In this document: positions 17,950 to 26,655 of the stretch, in pieces
How the letters are laid out: each line of letters opens with the position of its first letter
Numbering within the stretch: position 1 is the first letter of the stretch
Assembly (NCBI GenBank): GCA_001004005.1
Contig: LCQF01000023.1
Coordinates: forward strand, 1-53,116
Source: Parcubacteria group bacterium GW2011_GWA2_49_9
GTDB taxonomy: Bacteria; Patescibacteriota; Minisyncoccia; Phycocordibacterales; UBA10002
Length of the DNA: 53,116 nt
Reading direction: 5' to 3'
The notes under the pieces: generated by a model
Told to the model about the DNA's origin: nothing
What the model saw: only the letters and a program-made list of their open reading frames with translations
The model's database searches: none
Program-made: the position numbers and the translations under genes

Positions 17950-18430
17950 AAAGTACCAATCAACTAATCAGAACTAATCTACTAATACCTACGAATCAGA
18001 CCAGACGATTTTGCATTAAAGTTCTCTATCCGCACTATGCGATGAGAACGAACGTAAGTACTACCAAAATTAACCAGAATACCCAGTTTAATTCCTGTGG
18101 CCTGAAGATACCTCTGGGTTTGGACAAAGTCACCACTTGGAATAAAACGCTTGGCTTTCAGTTCAAGGATAATCTTGTCCTCTATAAGAAAGTCAACAAT
18201 GTTATTTGTATCCCCAATCCTGTACTCTCTCTTGTAAATAATGCCCGCCTCCTTTAACTTTTGTTCGAGTAGGTCGGCATATTGTTTTTCCCTTGCAAAT
18301 TTTCCCACCTCATTATGGACTTTATAGCAAAGGCCGACTACATCAAACGAAAGGTCAGGATACAGTAGTCCCACCTCTTTTTTCTTATTTGCAGGTATTT
18401 GTAGATTAGTATTCATTTGCAGATTAGTTT
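17950..18430. mobile_element. Inverted-repeat-flanked cassette carrying GxxExxY-like gene 1 (ACTAATC theme)
   Basis: Arm aactaatctactaatacctacgaatcag (17970-17998) versus the complement of atttgcaggtatttgtagattagta (18388-18412). About 22 of 25 positions match by eye. Confidence 0.45.
17982..18416 (-). CDS. GxxExxY-like PD-(D/E)XK nuclease-superfamily protein
   Basis: Start at MNTNLQ.... LLYPDLSFDVVGLCYKVHNEVGKFAREKQYADLLEQKL...IVDFLIEDKIILELKAKR...LGILVNFG. Confidence 0.75.
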   Translation of the reverse strand: MNTNLQIPANKKKEVGLLYPDLSFDVVGLCYKVHNEVGKFAREKQYADLLEQKLKEAGIIYKREYRIGDTNNIVDFLIEDKIILELKAKRFIPSGDFVQTQRYLQATGIKLGILVNFGSTYVRSHRIVRIENFNAKSSGLIRRY

Positions 18431-19080
18431 TAACTTTCTTGCACGGTCTTCTCGGTTTCCCCCGGGTTGAACAATTGATAAAAGACATCAACAACCTCTT
18501 CGGTTCCAAGTTGCGCCACCCGAACACCGGTCCGGATGAGTCCTTGTTCCACGACGCTGACGCGCTGTTCAAGCTGGGTGCGGTTTTCCTCAAAGCCCTT
18601 CGGCCCCTTTTCGGGAGAAGTATTCTTTGCGCCAAATCCCTCTTTTAGTTTCATCGCCACCCCTCCCCCACTTGCGGAAAGTTGGACGATGGCGGGAGAA
18701 TACGGAACGACGATAAAGAATGTTTTATTCATAATATTCGTTCCCTCCGTAAATTTTGTGACGAAGCCGATATATTCACGCGTCTGGAGCTTCAGTAATT
18801 CATTTTTCTGATTCTTCGCGCGTTCTTCCAGAATCGCGATGTATGGTTTGATATCAAACCGTCTGGACTGCACAATAATTTCCACGGAGAAATCAAGCGA
18901 ATTGAGGAAGTTTTGAAACTGCGAAATAATCGCCGCCTGGTTATCCTCGGATTTCAAGGCGAAATTTATGGACGACGCCATAAGTATGGCGCGTAATCCG
19001 CCGTCTTTCAGGATGACAATGCCATCCCGTATTTCACGGATTTTGACGAACTCCTGCGAAGCCTTTGATGCTATGGCCAT
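18430..19080 (-). CDS. Stand-alone VirB4-N-terminal-domain-like protein
   Basis: IREIRDGIVILKDGGLRAILMASSINFALKSEDNQAAIISQFQNFLNSLDFSVEIIVQSRRFD resembles the N-terminal domain of Gram-positive VirB4 homologues (recalled pattern, not searched). Confidence 0.5.
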   Translation of the reverse strand: MAIASKASQEFVKIREIRDGIVILKDGGLRAILMASSINFALKSEDNQAAIISQFQNFLNSLDFSVEIIVQSRRFDIKPYIAILEERAKNQKNELLKLQTREYIGFVTKFTEGTNIMNKTFFIVVPYSPAIVQLSASGGGVAMKLKEGFGAKNTSPEKGPKGFEENRTQLEQRVSVVEQGLIRTGVRVAQLGTEEVVDVFYQLFNPGETEKTVQES

Positions 19081-19110
19081 ATCATTCGAACGCTACAACT
19101 GTTTATAACT

Positions 19111-19578
19111 CATAATGCGAATGCCGCAAATACTGAATGCAAATACTGCGAATTAAGAAACACGTGAATTCAATACCCGTTTTGGATAGAGATTTTGTTG
19201 TTGAAAGTTTACGATAAGACCAAGTTTGAGATTGAGAACCGAAAGGTATCGTTGCATCTGATAGTAATCCTCTCGAGTGACGTGATGTTTGGCCTTTAAG
19301 TCAACAACTATTATACCTTCAATAACGAAATCAGGCACATTGCGCCACGCTTTTTCCCCTACAAACGATGGGGGAAGGCGTACTTCACGCGTATACGATA
19401 AGTTTGCTTTTTTTAGTCCCTCTTCAAAGGCATCGGCGTAGGATTGTTCCGTTCGAAAACGGCCCAAGTCATTGTGGACTTTAAAACAGAGTCCGTTGAT
19501 TTTGTACGATAGTTCTGGATACACCACGCCGTCGTTATTTGCAGCATTCGCATTCTTCATTTGCAGTATTTGCATTAT
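19111..19578. mobile_element. Inverted-repeat-flanked cassette carrying GxxExxY-like gene 2 (AATGCGAAT theme)
   Basis: cataatgcgaatgccgcaaatactgaatgcaaatactgcgaatta (19111-19155) versus the complement of ttatttgcagcattcgcattcttcatttgcagtatttgcattat (19535-19578). About 35 of 44 positions match by eye. Confidence 0.5.
19153..19560 (-). CDS. GxxExxY-like PD-(D/E)XK nuclease-superfamily protein (paralogue of 17982..18416)
   Basis: VVYPELSYKINGLCFKVHNDLGRFRTEQSYADAFEEGL...VPDFVIEGIIVVDLKAKH...LGLIVNF. Start is uncertain (19560 or 19575). Confidence 0.75.
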   Translation of the reverse strand: MKNANAANNDGVVYPELSYKINGLCFKVHNDLGRFRTEQSYADAFEEGLKKANLSYTREVRLPPSFVGEKAWRNVPDFVIEGIIVVDLKAKHHVTREDYYQMQRYLSVLNLKLGLIVNFQQQNLYPKRVLNSRVS

Positions 19579-19618
19579 ATTTATCTTTTGACGTTTTGAT
19601 TTATATCCAGTGCCCACG

Positions 19619-19882
19619 TTAGGTCAAACGATTGGAAAGGACATAGGCAATCGCGGCCTGCATCATAAAGATGAAAGGTTTTCCGTTCGGTTTGTAGAAT
19701 GCCAGTGCGGCCGCGAGGCCGGCAATAGGGGCGATAATGAGTACCGCGAGATAAAAAGGCAGGAAATTATACGCGATATATCCCATGCCTATTCCACCCA
19801 CGATATACACAAATTGCTTGATGCTGAACGGCCCAAGTATCTTGTCCTCTATGTTGATGAATTGTGGAACCTGGAACCTCAT
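19619..19882 (-). CDS. PrgI-family (VirB3-like) small membrane protein
   Basis: 87 aa from MRFQVPQFINIEDKILGPFSIKQFVYIVGG..., with two TM helices. The upstream 67 aa in the ORF track are repeat DNA. Confidence 0.65.
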   Translation of the reverse strand: MRFQVPQFINIEDKILGPFSIKQFVYIVGGIGMGYIAYNFLPFYLAVLIIAPIAGLAAALAFYKPNGKPFIFMMQAAIAYVLSNRLT

Positions 19883-19997
19883 ATATATAATGCGAATACT
19901 ACTAATACCGAATGCGAATACCACGAATGAAACTCCCCAAAAGAGACTTTCTGATTTGCAGTATTCGCATTTTCCATTCGCGGTATTTGCATTATGG
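19883..19997. repeat. AATGCGAAT-theme intercistronic hairpin (empty)
   Basis: ataatgcgaatactactaataccgaatgcgaatacc ... gcagtattcgcattttccattcgcggtatttgcattatgg. It starts 2 nt after the upstream stop and ends 4 nt before the PrgI ATG. Confidence 0.7.
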
Positions 19998-21857
19998 TTA
20001 CTGCAAGGGTTCGCGGTACGGGTCAGTTGAGTAACGCTTTTCTTCCCTCGGAAGCGACATAGGAGCCTGTAGTTTTTGGTCAAGGAAATCCTCTTCCTCT
20101 TCCCCGTTCATTTGAGGGGAGTCCGCCGGCTGGCGGAGAGGTGGGGTATTTGATTCGCTCTGCGGTCGGGTTTTATCCCCATCCCCATCCCCCTTAGCAA
20201 AGGGGGCTGCCTTGGGGGGTTGTCTGGTAAAGGGGGTGCTCCCGTCTGCGGGAGCGGGGGTTGTAATACCCCTCCTGCCGGAGACGGCAGTGCTCCCCTT
20301 ATTAGGGGAGATAGCCTTCCCTTCGGGGGGTGGAATGTTTGGAATTGCCGGCTCAAGTTTATTAATCGGATATTTCGGAAGAGGCGAAGACGACGACCCG
20401 ATAGTGTTTATGGAAGGCTTCCATCCGGTAGGCCCTATGGGGGAAGCTTTTGACTGATAGCCTTTAGCTGTTAGAGAAGAGCTTGGGAGAGTGGGGGCTG
20501 CGATTCTCGGCACAGGGACGATACCTTTAGGATTTTCAATATCCCGAAGTACGTCCGCTCGGCTTAAGGGTTCTTCTTCTCCCCCTCCCCTATCCCCCTT
20601 ACCAAAGGGGGTGCCTCCGTCCGCGGAGGCGGGGGTTGTTTTTCCCATACCAAAGGGGGTGCCAGACAACCCTCCTGCCGAAGACGGCAGTGCTCCCTTT
20701 AGTAAGGGAGATGCGGCGAGACCGGGGGTTGTCCCCACTTGTTTTTTCAGGATATTCTCCCCCATATTCCACTTCGCTCCGGCGGAGTACGGAGTAGAAG
20801 AAGCTGATAGTGGAATAGTCGTAGACTGCTTATAGCTTTTAGCTTCTAGTTTATTCTGACTAGAACCTAAAACCTGAAACCTAGCACCTGTTTCTGGGCT
20901 AGAACCTTGAACCTGAAAGCTAGAAGCTGGCTTCGGCACCACGCTCGGTTTCGGAATTGAAAATGAAGTTCCCGCTTCCAGCCGTGGACCAACTCCTACC
21001 GGAGGAGGCTGCACCACTTCCGCATGCATGCTGCGGAGCGATTCGCGCACCTTCACGAGAATCTGCGAACTCACATCGCGGGCGATTTCTCTCGCTCGCT
21101 CCTCGGGAACGCGGAGGCGGTCGGCAAGGTTCTTGATGAAGTCGGCAGGGTGCGTGAGTCCGAGGAGGACAAGCCCCGTCTCGCTCGCGAGCGCGGCCAT
21201 CTGGTCCACGTGCAAGAGGTACTTCTTGGCGATGGCTTGAATGGCATTCGCGGTATCTACCGAAGAAACCGATTGACGGAGGCCCATCGGCAGGTCTTCA
21301 AACGCATTCCGGAGTTCTTCCTCCGAGTACTTTGTTCCCGCGGCGATACGAATAAGCGCCCGTATGTGATTAGGTTCTAGCTTCAAGCTGTTAGCTTCTA
21401 GTTTATTCTGACTAGAGCCTTGAACCTGAAACCTAGCACCTGTCTCTTGGCTAGAACCTGAAACCTGAAAGCTAGAAGCTGGTTTTATCGGCTCCGGCAC
21501 TCTACCCTCTTTAATCGGATACCCCGCCTGTTTCAAAATCGGAAGAACCGGGTCAAATAGTTTCGTTTGGAGTTCGTAGGCAATCGTGGGGATTTTCGGC
21601 ACATTGTCTTCCTCAATGTTTTTGTCTTGTTGTATGAACGCGACGAGCGTATCCGGTGAGGCCTCCCCTTTCAGAACACGAAGTACTCCTTCACAGAGCG
21701 CTCCGGTTTCAGCGAAGACAAACCCCTGTTCGGCGGCAATAGTCGTTGGGAGAATATGTATTTCCGCCACCCCTTTATCAAGGAGCGCGCTGAATACTTT
21801 CTCCGGAAGCGATTCCAGAAAGAGTGATAGTCTTTCTCTTGCGTCTTGAGGATTCAT
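19998..21857 (-). CDS. Hypothetical protein: ~300-aa structured N-terminal part plus a long tail built largely from repeat-element insertions
   Basis: The ORF stays open through two ~90-bp CTAGAAS modules and many GC-rich units (peptides PLLKGALPSSAGG, GTPFGKGD, APFAKGDGDGD). Ends ...DPYREPLQ. Confidence 0.6.
   Translation of the reverse strand: MNPQDARERLSLFLESLPEKVFSALLDKGVAEIHILPTTIAAEQGFVFAETGALCEGVLRVLKGEASPDTLVAFIQQDKNIEEDNVPKIPTIAYELQTKLFDPVLPILKQAGYPIKEGRVPEPIKPASSFQVSGSSQETGARFQVQGSSQNKLEANSLKLEPNHIRALIRIAAGTKYSEEELRNAFEDLPMGLRQSVSSVDTANAIQAIAKKYLLHVDQMAALASETGLVLLGLTHPADFIKNLADRLRVPEERAREIARDVSSQILVKVRESLRSMHAEVVQPPPVGVGPRLEAGTSFSIPKPSVVPKPASSFQVQGSSPETGARFQVLGSSQNKLEAKSYKQSTTIPLSASSTPYSAGAKWNMGENILKKQVGTTPGLAASPLLKGALPSSAGGLSGTPFGMGKTTPASADGGTPFGKGDRGGGEEEPLSRADVLRDIENPKGIVPVPRIAAPTLPSSSLTAKGYQSKASPIGPTGWKPSINTIGSSSSPLPKYPINKLEPAIPNIPPPEGKAISPNKGSTAVSGRRGITTPAPADGSTPFTRQPPKAAPFAKGDGDGDKTRPQSESNTPPLRQPADSPQMNGEEEEDFLDQKLQAPMSLPREEKRYSTDPYREPLQ
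20841..20930. repeat. ~90-bp CTAGAAS module with AGCTTCTAG/CTAGAAGCT termini (copy 1, in-frame in ORF)
   Basis: Near-identical to 21393-21482 by eye. Encodes PASSFQVQGSSPETGARFQVLGSSQNKLEA. Confidence 0.75.
21393..21482. repeat. ~90-bp CTAGAAS module (copy 2, in-frame in ORF)
   Basis: Same termini and same internal order as 20841-20930. Encodes PASSFQVSGSSQETGARFQVQGSSQNKLEA. Confidence 0.75.
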
Positions 21858-21863
21858 ACCTGT

Positions 21864-23153
21864 TTAAGCGACGATACCATAACGTCCGAACGGCTGGGTC
21901 TTCTCGGTCATTGGGGGAAGACCCTTCTCCGCGCGATATTTGTTAATCTTCTTCATTACTGGAGCCTCCATTGGGTCTTTACCTTTTGCCTCTGCGGCGC
22001 CTGGGCCCGAACCCCCGTATTCGCGCAGACGGCCGTAGATGGAGGGGTGCGAACGAGCGTCAGTACGTCCCACGATAGCTTTGATGATTTCATACCAATC
22101 CTGCAATTCAGGGCTTATTTCGTTGAATGGAATAAAACTTCCACCTGCCATATTTACGAACCAAGAGAAAATGTTCGCGTTCTTTTTGGTCATATCCCGT
22201 TTACCGAGAACGTCGTTCTTAAATTCCCGTATAAAAAACTCCACCATCGGTATTTTCACATCCAAGTCGCGTTTACTGTAGAACTGAAGTTGGTTGACGT
22301 CCAAGTTTCGCATCACTACCCAGAAATTTCTGAACATTCCCGACATTCCCGTGAACTCGTCGTCGGCAAGGTTTTGAGACACTTGGTCGTACATCTTCAG
22401 ACCGGCCTTAAAGCGGATATTATAGGCCTCGTTTTTGTCTACGGTATCGTAGATTGGTTCGTCTTTCGGGTCGGCAAATTTCGTTCTGTGTGTTTCTATG
22501 AGGTCTTGGTACCTCTGTGAGATGCTTTTGTCACTGTCCTTTCCATACGACTCACCATCGTCATCCTTCCACTTCCCCGGCCAGTCCCATGTCGCGAAGA
22601 ACTCCTTCTCCCCCTGTTTCTTCAGCCGCTCGTTGGCATCCTTCCGCAACTTGTCCATAGCCTCTTTCTGGTGTTTCGCGATTTCTTTACACACGTCCGG
22701 ATTAAAGCCCCACGTCAGGTCGGCGCTATCAAGCACGTACTCGCGTTTCTTGGTACGCGCGACGTCCTCCTTAAACCGCATATCAAATTTGTCGCTATTA
22801 CGGACCCGTTTCCACGCCCCATACATCGTTGTTTGGGTAACCGTTTCAACGTCAAAGATGTCCTGTGCGTACCGGTACCAGCTTTCAATTTCCGTGATGT
22901 CCTCCCCCATCGCGCGCAGGGTTTTACGAAGTCCGGGAGCAACTTCACCAAGCCCCGCTTGTTTTGGCACCTCTATCCTGTCCCACTCACCAGACGCATA
23001 TCTCCTTTCACGCTCCTCCCGCTTAGCAGCCTCTATTTCCTCTTTTGTTTTCGCAATTTTTTTCTGCAAGCCGCGGACCTCCTCCTGGATTTCTTGTATC
23101 CGTTTCGTCTTTTCTTCTTCCTGTGTGGGAACTTTAATTGTTTCGGTTGCCAT
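21864..23153 (-). CDS. Hypothetical cytoplasmic protein with an N-terminal coiled coil (T4SS-block member)
   Basis: 429-aa ORF, no TM, no motif I recognise. Tightly packed between T4SS-like genes. Confidence 0.55.
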   Translation of the reverse strand: MATETIKVPTQEEEKTKRIQEIQEEVRGLQKKIAKTKEEIEAAKREERERRYASGEWDRIEVPKQAGLGEVAPGLRKTLRAMGEDITEIESWYRYAQDIFDVETVTQTTMYGAWKRVRNSDKFDMRFKEDVARTKKREYVLDSADLTWGFNPDVCKEIAKHQKEAMDKLRKDANERLKKQGEKEFFATWDWPGKWKDDDGESYGKDSDKSISQRYQDLIETHRTKFADPKDEPIYDTVDKNEAYNIRFKAGLKMYDQVSQNLADDEFTGMSGMFRNFWVVMRNLDVNQLQFYSKRDLDVKIPMVEFFIREFKNDVLGKRDMTKKNANIFSWFVNMAGGSFIPFNEISPELQDWYEIIKAIVGRTDARSHPSIYGRLREYGGSGPGAAEAKGKDPMEAPVMKKINKYRAEKGLPPMTEKTQPFGRYGIVA

Positions 23154-23191
23154 ACGAGTTATTTTATAGTGCTAATGCGGTTACGACCAGA

Positions 23192-24028
23192 CTAGTCTTC
23201 TTTGAGCACCTTCTCCAGTCTTCTAAATAGCTCTTCCAGTGTGGACGTTTGATCTCCAAGCACCTTTTGAAGCGCGGGCGCGATGTTCTCAAGTGCCGCA
23301 GTCTGTTTGTTTTCTAGCTTTTGATACGTAAGCATGTTCTTGCGGTACCGCTCGTTTCTATCGTCAACAAGAAGACCTTTCTGCTTCAGTCGGTGTGTTC
23401 TGTTGTGGAAGAACTCGTGCTTCTCTTCTTCGGTTAAGGCGTGTTCATCATCTCGTATGGCCACCGCGTGGCTTGTCGGCATATATTCGTAATCCACCAT
23501 CGCTCTGTTGTTGAGGAAGTCATTTTTGGGCGTCAGTTCGGCGGCTTCTTTCGGAGTGATGTGCGCCCACGCGTGCGAAATGATTTGCGCGAGCTCGCTC
23601 ATCTCCGTACTGTGGTCTTTGTTGAATGTCGCGAGTAGTTTTTCCGCCTTTGATAACTCTTCTTCCGCCGCCGCCAGCTTCTTGTATTCAGGAGAAAGGG
23701 CTTCTTTTGCCTTAGCGGCCTTTTCTTGCAGGGCGGTGTCGGCCGGGTTCTTGGCAACCTCTTTCTGTACGGCTCGGAACGTTTTCCAGTCTTCGTCCTT
23801 CTTTTTTTGCTCGGGCGTCGGCCCTTTTGCGTCAGAGAGTTTCTTTTCCTCCTCGGTCTTGGAGCGCGCCCCCTGGGTCTTCCTTTGCCTTTCTAATCTT
23901 TTCCTCCAACGCGGGGGCATTGGCCATCTTGACCAAGTCTTTAGAAGCTTTCGCAGCCTCCAGCTCTTTCTCCATCGCCTCAATATCTTTCCCCACTTTC
24001 TCAAGATTTTTCTGCGCTTCGTCAACAT
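23192..24028 (-). CDS. Hypothetical protein; probably the frameshifted C-terminal continuation of the VirB6-like ORF
   Basis: Overlaps 23832..26381 by ~197 nt. Removing one C from the C5 run 23869-23873 reads ...KAKEDPGARSKTEEEKKLSDAKGPTPEQKKK... continuously. Confidence 0.5.
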   Translation of the reverse strand: MLTKRRKILRKWGKILRRWRKSWRLRKLLKTWSRWPMPPRWRKRLERQRKTQGARSKTEEEKKLSDAKGPTPEQKKKDEDWKTFRAVQKEVAKNPADTALQEKAAKAKEALSPEYKKLAAAEEELSKAEKLLATFNKDHSTEMSELAQIISHAWAHITPKEAAELTPKNDFLNNRAMVDYEYMPTSHAVAIRDDEHALTEEEKHEFFHNRTHRLKQKGLLVDDRNERYRKNMLTYQKLENKQTAALENIAPALQKVLGDQTSTLEELFRRLEKVLKED

Positions 24029-26381
24029 TTTTCTGGTCGGCTGGGTCTGGTTTTTTCGCCTTCTCTGCTTCCAGCTTTGTTTGTGCCAACGTCACCGCGT
24101 CTTCTGCCAGCTTTATGGCATTTCGCTGGTCCTGCGTAAGACCCGCTGTCTTGGCGGTCTTCAGCTCATCTTCCGCAGTCTTAATGCGTGCTTGGTGGTC
24201 AGGTTTGATTTCTTCCACCTCCGTAAGCTCTTCCTTTTTCGTCTTGAGCTCTTCCTGCAAGTCCGTCACTTTTTGGGTATTTTCCGGTGTCGGATTATTT
24301 TTTGCGTCCGCCTCCGCTTTCTCAAGGGATTTCTGGCTCTGTGCCACGGCTGCTTTTTTCTCCTCAATCTTTTTCTGCTGGTCCGGCGGGAAAGCCTTCG
24401 CCTCGGCAAGCGCTTTCTCCTTTTCTCGCACGGTCTTCTGTTGTTCAGGCGTTAATCCAGCCTTCGCGCCCTCAATCGCCTCTTTTTGTTTCGCCACCTC
24501 CTTCGTCGCATCTTCCTTTCCCGTTTCAAGATGTTCTTCCTTCTCGTGAAGCGGGTCAAGTTTCGCTCCCGCTTGCCGCGCTTTTGTTATATTACCGATG
24601 ACATGACGTTTCGATGCCCTTTCTTCGTCCTCCTCATAAGCCTCCTCAAGCGACTTCCCTCCGATATTTGCGTGCGCGAGTGCTCCCGTCGTTACTCCAC
24701 GCACCGCCTGCCCGATAAAGGTGTTTCCAAGTTTTGTCTGTCCAAGTCGTTCTTCCATATAGCGAGGGTCCATAAACTGACCTACGGTGCGCACGGCAGT
24801 GAGTTTTTCCTGCGTCTTCTCTCCCGCAGCGTTTATCCCCTTTCCAATTCTCGTATCCTTAAAATTTCCAAAGACTTTGTTATTGAGTAGTCTTGAATTC
24901 ACCAGTTTCTGCATCCCTTTTCCGATATTTCCTCCACCCTCCACTGCTGTTGATGGCAGTTTGATAAGACCCCGTGCGCCGGCGCTCGCAACACCAATGG
25001 CGCCGCCTTTTATCTTCTCCCAGCCAGCCATTGCCATATCGCTTCCTTTCGCGCCGAGGGATTCGGCGACGACAAGACATCCGACCATCAAGCAAATCAG
25101 AATGACGAAATTAAATATTATAGCGATGCTATTCGTCCCCGTGCCGGTAATAGCGGAGGCAAAACCTGCCGTGTTAAAACTCTCTTGAAACGCGGGAGCG
25201 TTGATGGTTTTGACGACGACATAGGCGAGCGCGAGATACAGCGGGGCGAAAAACGCCTGGCTCCAGAGCTTGCTCCACCATTGGTGCGCCATACCCGACG
25301 CCCCCGGCAAAATGAGCCCGACGAAGGCAAGTGGCGAAAGCATCATCAGCATAATGAGCGTAATCGCGCGATAGATAAACATAATCGCCGCGGCGAAAAA
25401 CACCCACGCCGTCACGATGATAAAGAGCGAGCCGAAGAGGCCGATGAGAATGATGTTCGTGAACGAGAGAGGCGTCTTGGTTGCTCCGGAGGCGGCCGCA
25501 CTCTGGAGATAATTGTCAGTGTCAAGCCCCGTCTGCGTCCGGTCATTTGTGTTATAGAGGGTTGAAAGTTTGAGACCATACAGGAACGATTCGGAAAGGC
25601 CACTATCGTAATCCCCTTCTTTCCCCGGCTCCACAATCAGCGAATAGAAGTGGAGCGCGGCGACGTTGGACACATCCACCACCGCTTTGGTGATGAAGAG
25701 CGAAAAGTTCATAAAGAGCGCGACAAGCACCATCTGTGCGAGAAGCCCCCACGCTTTTTTGCCGTTATCGCCGATACCGAGGGTGATGGACATACCGCAC
25801 CAGAGCGCGACGAAGATAAAGACGATATTGGCGAGGTCACGCAGAACTTTCCACCCGATGTCCACGACAGGGAGCCTTTCCAAAAGAGTATTGAGGTTCA
25901 GCGTATAGTGGAGCGTCATATTAAGGAGCACGCCGGCAATCCACAGGGTGCGAGCCGACACCCACATCGCGAAGTTCATCACCTGTGCGACGCATCCGTT
26001 GAAGTTGAAACGAAGCCCTGTCATTCCGCCAAAACAGGTCATTTGAGCCGCTTGGTCATCTTTCAGTTGATTCGCCGCCACGGTTGCCGCGCTTTCTTCC
26101 GTTGCGATTGGCTGGCTTCCCGGAGCTCCTCCGGGAGTAGCGGGAGCAAATACCCCCGACGGGTCATACCCTAAATCGCTCGGCTTATCCGCGGCAGCGG
26201 GTAGCGTTGCTGGACCGCCATAGTTACCAGTTTCGGGGTTAAATTCATATGGGTCAGTAGGAGGATTAAAGGTCGTTGCCTGAAGGATGGCCGGTCCCAC
26301 CAGCATCCACGCGAACCCTCCGATGAAGACGGAGATGAAGAGCGTCGCGATATGAAGTTTTTTGGTTCGGAGGAAGTGCAT
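23832..26381 (-). CDS. VirB6/TrbL-like polytopic membrane protein with a long K/E-rich coiled-coil tail
   Basis: N-terminal TM, ~100-aa ectodomain, about 6-8 TM helices (aa ~130-480), then ~370 aa of charged coiled coil. Confidence 0.6.
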   Translation of the reverse strand: MHFLRTKKLHIATLFISVFIGGFAWMLVGPAILQATTFNPPTDPYEFNPETGNYGGPATLPAAADKPSDLGYDPSGVFAPATPGGAPGSQPIATEESAATVAANQLKDDQAAQMTCFGGMTGLRFNFNGCVAQVMNFAMWVSARTLWIAGVLLNMTLHYTLNLNTLLERLPVVDIGWKVLRDLANIVFIFVALWCGMSITLGIGDNGKKAWGLLAQMVLVALFMNFSLFITKAVVDVSNVAALHFYSLIVEPGKEGDYDSGLSESFLYGLKLSTLYNTNDRTQTGLDTDNYLQSAAASGATKTPLSFTNIILIGLFGSLFIIVTAWVFFAAAIMFIYRAITLIMLMMLSPLAFVGLILPGASGMAHQWWSKLWSQAFFAPLYLALAYVVVKTINAPAFQESFNTAGFASAITGTGTNSIAIIFNFVILICLMVGCLVVAESLGAKGSDMAMAGWEKIKGGAIGVASAGARGLIKLPSTAVEGGGNIGKGMQKLVNSRLLNNKVFGNFKDTRIGKGINAAGEKTQEKLTAVRTVGQFMDPRYMEERLGQTKLGNTFIGQAVRGVTTGALAHANIGGKSLEEAYEEDEERASKRHVIGNITKARQAGAKLDPLHEKEEHLETGKEDATKEVAKQKEAIEGAKAGLTPEQQKTVREKEKALAEAKAFPPDQQKKIEEKKAAVAQSQKSLEKAEADAKNNPTPENTQKVTDLQEELKTKKEELTEVEEIKPDHQARIKTAEDELKTAKTAGLTQDQRNAIKLAEDAVTLAQTKLEAEKAKKPDPADQKNVDEAQKNLEKVGKDIEAMEKELEAAKASKDLVKMANAPALEEKIRKAKEDPGGALQDRGGKETL

Positions 26382-26400
26382 AGTTTCTACTTTTTTGCTT

Positions 26401-26625
26401 TTGTCTTAATCCCCCTTAGCAAAGGGGGTGGCCGAGTCCGCGAGGCCGGGGGTTGTTCTTATTCTCCTAGTCTACGACTACAAGCTTTAGTAAAGGGGGT
26501 GCCCGAGTCGGCGAGGGCGGGGGTTGTTTTTTATCTCCCTCATTACCACACCCCTCCTGCCGAAGACGGCACAGTCTGCGACTATTCCAGTGCTCCCCTT
26601 ACTAGGGGAGATGGGGAGAAGTAAG
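26401..26625. repeat. GC-rich two-hairpin repeat array with an embedded TAGTCTACGACTA module
   Basis: atcccccttagcaaagggggtggccgagtccgcgaggccgggggttgt; ctagtctacgactac; tagtaaagggggtgcccgagtcggcgagggcgggggttgt; cctcctgccgaagacggca; ctccccttactaggggag. Confidence 0.8.
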
Positions 26626-26655
26626 ATTGCGCACATTTTCGTTTTATCTTTCATA

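Noticed and set aside
17946-19080. The idea that a single VirB4 gene (216 aa + 606 aa, about the typical VirB4 length) was split by the GxxExxY cassette, in the manner of an intervening sequence.
   Set aside because: The 606-aa ORF already begins with its own complete VirB4-type N-terminal pattern (ISYPRYLTEGWFAPIINLD) and its own ATG. The 216-aa ORF ends at a normal stop. They look like a stand-alone N-domain paralogue plus a full VirB4 rather than two halves. This cannot be excluded without alignments.
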